A stretch of DNA of 64,000 nucleotides, taken from a virus (Duplodnaviria; Caudoviricetes). The stretch lies in IMG/VR virus record IMGVR_UViG_3300025789_000018. The stretch is one strand, 5' to 3'. A program made the position numbers and the translations under genes. Below are positions 63,028 through 64,000 of the stretch, one piece after another. A model generated the notes under the pieces. That model had not been told where the DNA came from, ran no database searches, and was given only the letters and a program-made list of their open reading frames with translations. The number at the start of each line of letters is the position of its first letter. Position 1 is the first letter of the stretch.

Positions 63028-64000
63028 AGAACATCTCCAATCCTTGTTTTACTTCTCCTTCATCAGAGAACATCCAATTCAGCTTTTCTATTTTACCTGT
63101 ATTAAGAAAAGAAGTAAACTTATTTTTATCAATCTTATTAGTAAGCAGTCTGTTATCTAGGGACTCTTGGCGAGCTTGCCAAAGAACATTCCACTCAATA
63201 CCAGGCCAGTTATCTTCTTCTAGTTGAAATATTTCTTCAGCTTGCCTATCCAAATAATATCCCAAATACCTGCCATGTTTTTCTCTAAAGATTTTCTTAA
63301 AAGAACAAAGGCAAGTTTCCATAGTATAGTAGTTAGCTTCTGATGCTAGATGCGGAAATCTAGTTTTGATTTCAACAAGAATATCTTTTGCTTCTGCTTC
63401 TAAATATGAATATTCTTTTTGTGTCAACTTAGTATCAATCCAATCTGATCGATCAAGCGCCAGCAAAAAGCCATTACGGTGAGAACGACTGCCAGAATAG
63501 TCAGAAAGCATAAGGCTGGTTGGTTCAAGAATAAGACCTGCAGTGCTATGTAAAGACTGCATGTAAAACCAAGTAGTGTATCTTCCAAACTTATGAAACT
63601 CTTTGTTTACAACATTCCAAACATTGTCAAAATTCTGAGATTCATTATCCCCATAATAATTCTCTAGAACTTCTTTTTGAGAAGAGTTTCCTACAAACTT
63701 TTGATAGGACTCAAACATAGAAGGCAAATGCCCCTTGTTGTATTTGGTATCAGTTTGATAACGGAGTCTTTTATAATTTGCAGTGTTCCATTGACTGATT
63801 CTGTCTACAGTTGCAAGCTCGTAGTCGGGAAATTCATTCTTAAGGACCCACGAAGTAGGAAGATAATATGTGTTGGCATATAGCCAGCAAAGCCATACTC
63901 TCTCTTCGCTATTATGCTCATACCTGTTATTAAGATAATTCATCATCCAAATGGCAGGATCGCAATCTTTATACTCTAAAGACCACGCATACCATCGGAT
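63020..64000 (-). CDS. aGPT-Pplase2 / amino-acid:DNA transferase-like protein (5' end off the window)
   Basis: Frame open to 64000 (..KDCDPAIWMMNY..); WLY..TY, FGRYT.WFY.Q.L, SGS.SHRNG, ETCLC.FKK, Y.GYY.DRQ..EI. Confidence 0.7.
   Translation of the reverse strand: MRWYAWSLEYKDCDPAIWMMNYLNNRYEHNSEERVWLCWLYANTYYLPTSWVLKNEFPDYELATVDRISQWNTANYKRLRYQTDTKYNKGHLPSMFESYQKFVGNSSQKEVLENYYGDNESQNFDNVWNVVNKEFHKFGRYTTWFYMQSLHSTAGLILEPTSLMLSDYSGSRSHRNGFLLALDRSDWIDTKLTQKEYSYLEAEAKDILVEIKTRFPHLASEANYYTMETCLCSFKKIFREKHGRYLGYYLDRQAEEIFQLEEDNWPGIEWNVLWQARQESLDNRLLTNKIDKNKFTSFLNTGKIEKLNWMFSDEGEVKQGLEMFYG

Noticed and set aside
107-63883. Most short plus-strand ORFs in the track
   Set aside because: They are antisense shadows of well-supported minus-strand genes, with no SD or recognisable motifs; only 3461, 11915 and 27832 are accepted on the plus strand
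1-64000. CRISPR array or rRNA
   Set aside because: No regularly spaced repeats or rRNA-like sequence seen; the Cas4-like exonuclease (10019) has no cas neighbours

Overview
A 64-kb segment of a large T4-like myovirus genome (T4 superfamily, cyanophage/alphaproteobacterial-phage style), almost all on the minus strand. Right to left: a putative DNA base-hypermodification pair (aGPT-Pplase2/amino-acid:DNA transferase-like plus P-loop kinase); the T4 replication core (gp45, gp44, gp62, regA, gp43, uvsX, gp41); a late block of capsid-internal/structural proteins, Dps, spanins and primase gp61; an Acb1/gp57B anti-CBASS homolog; nucleotide metabolism (thyX, nrdA, nrdB, dCMP deaminase); about 21 tRNA genes interleaved with accessory enzymes; RNase H, PhoH, an exonuclease, many small early ORFs; and an RNA-repair cluster (Rnl1, PNK-type kinase, Rnl2). 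The most striking signal is how mobile elements have invaded essential genes and tRNAs, apparently without removing the pieces needed for function. (1) Rnl1 is split into two genes by an antisense GIY-YIG cassette that also carries a promoter and a translationally coupled ORF for the distal half. (2) NrdA is split at its active site by a GIY-YIG gene, with novel tails on both halves (Aeh1-like). (3) tRNA-Leu(UAA) carries a 62-nt, highly structured insert in its anticodon loop. (4) tRNA-Ser is a chimera created by an endonuclease insertion. (5) Two antisense endonucleases share a covarying structured leader. All product calls come from motif recognition by eye; no database searches were run.
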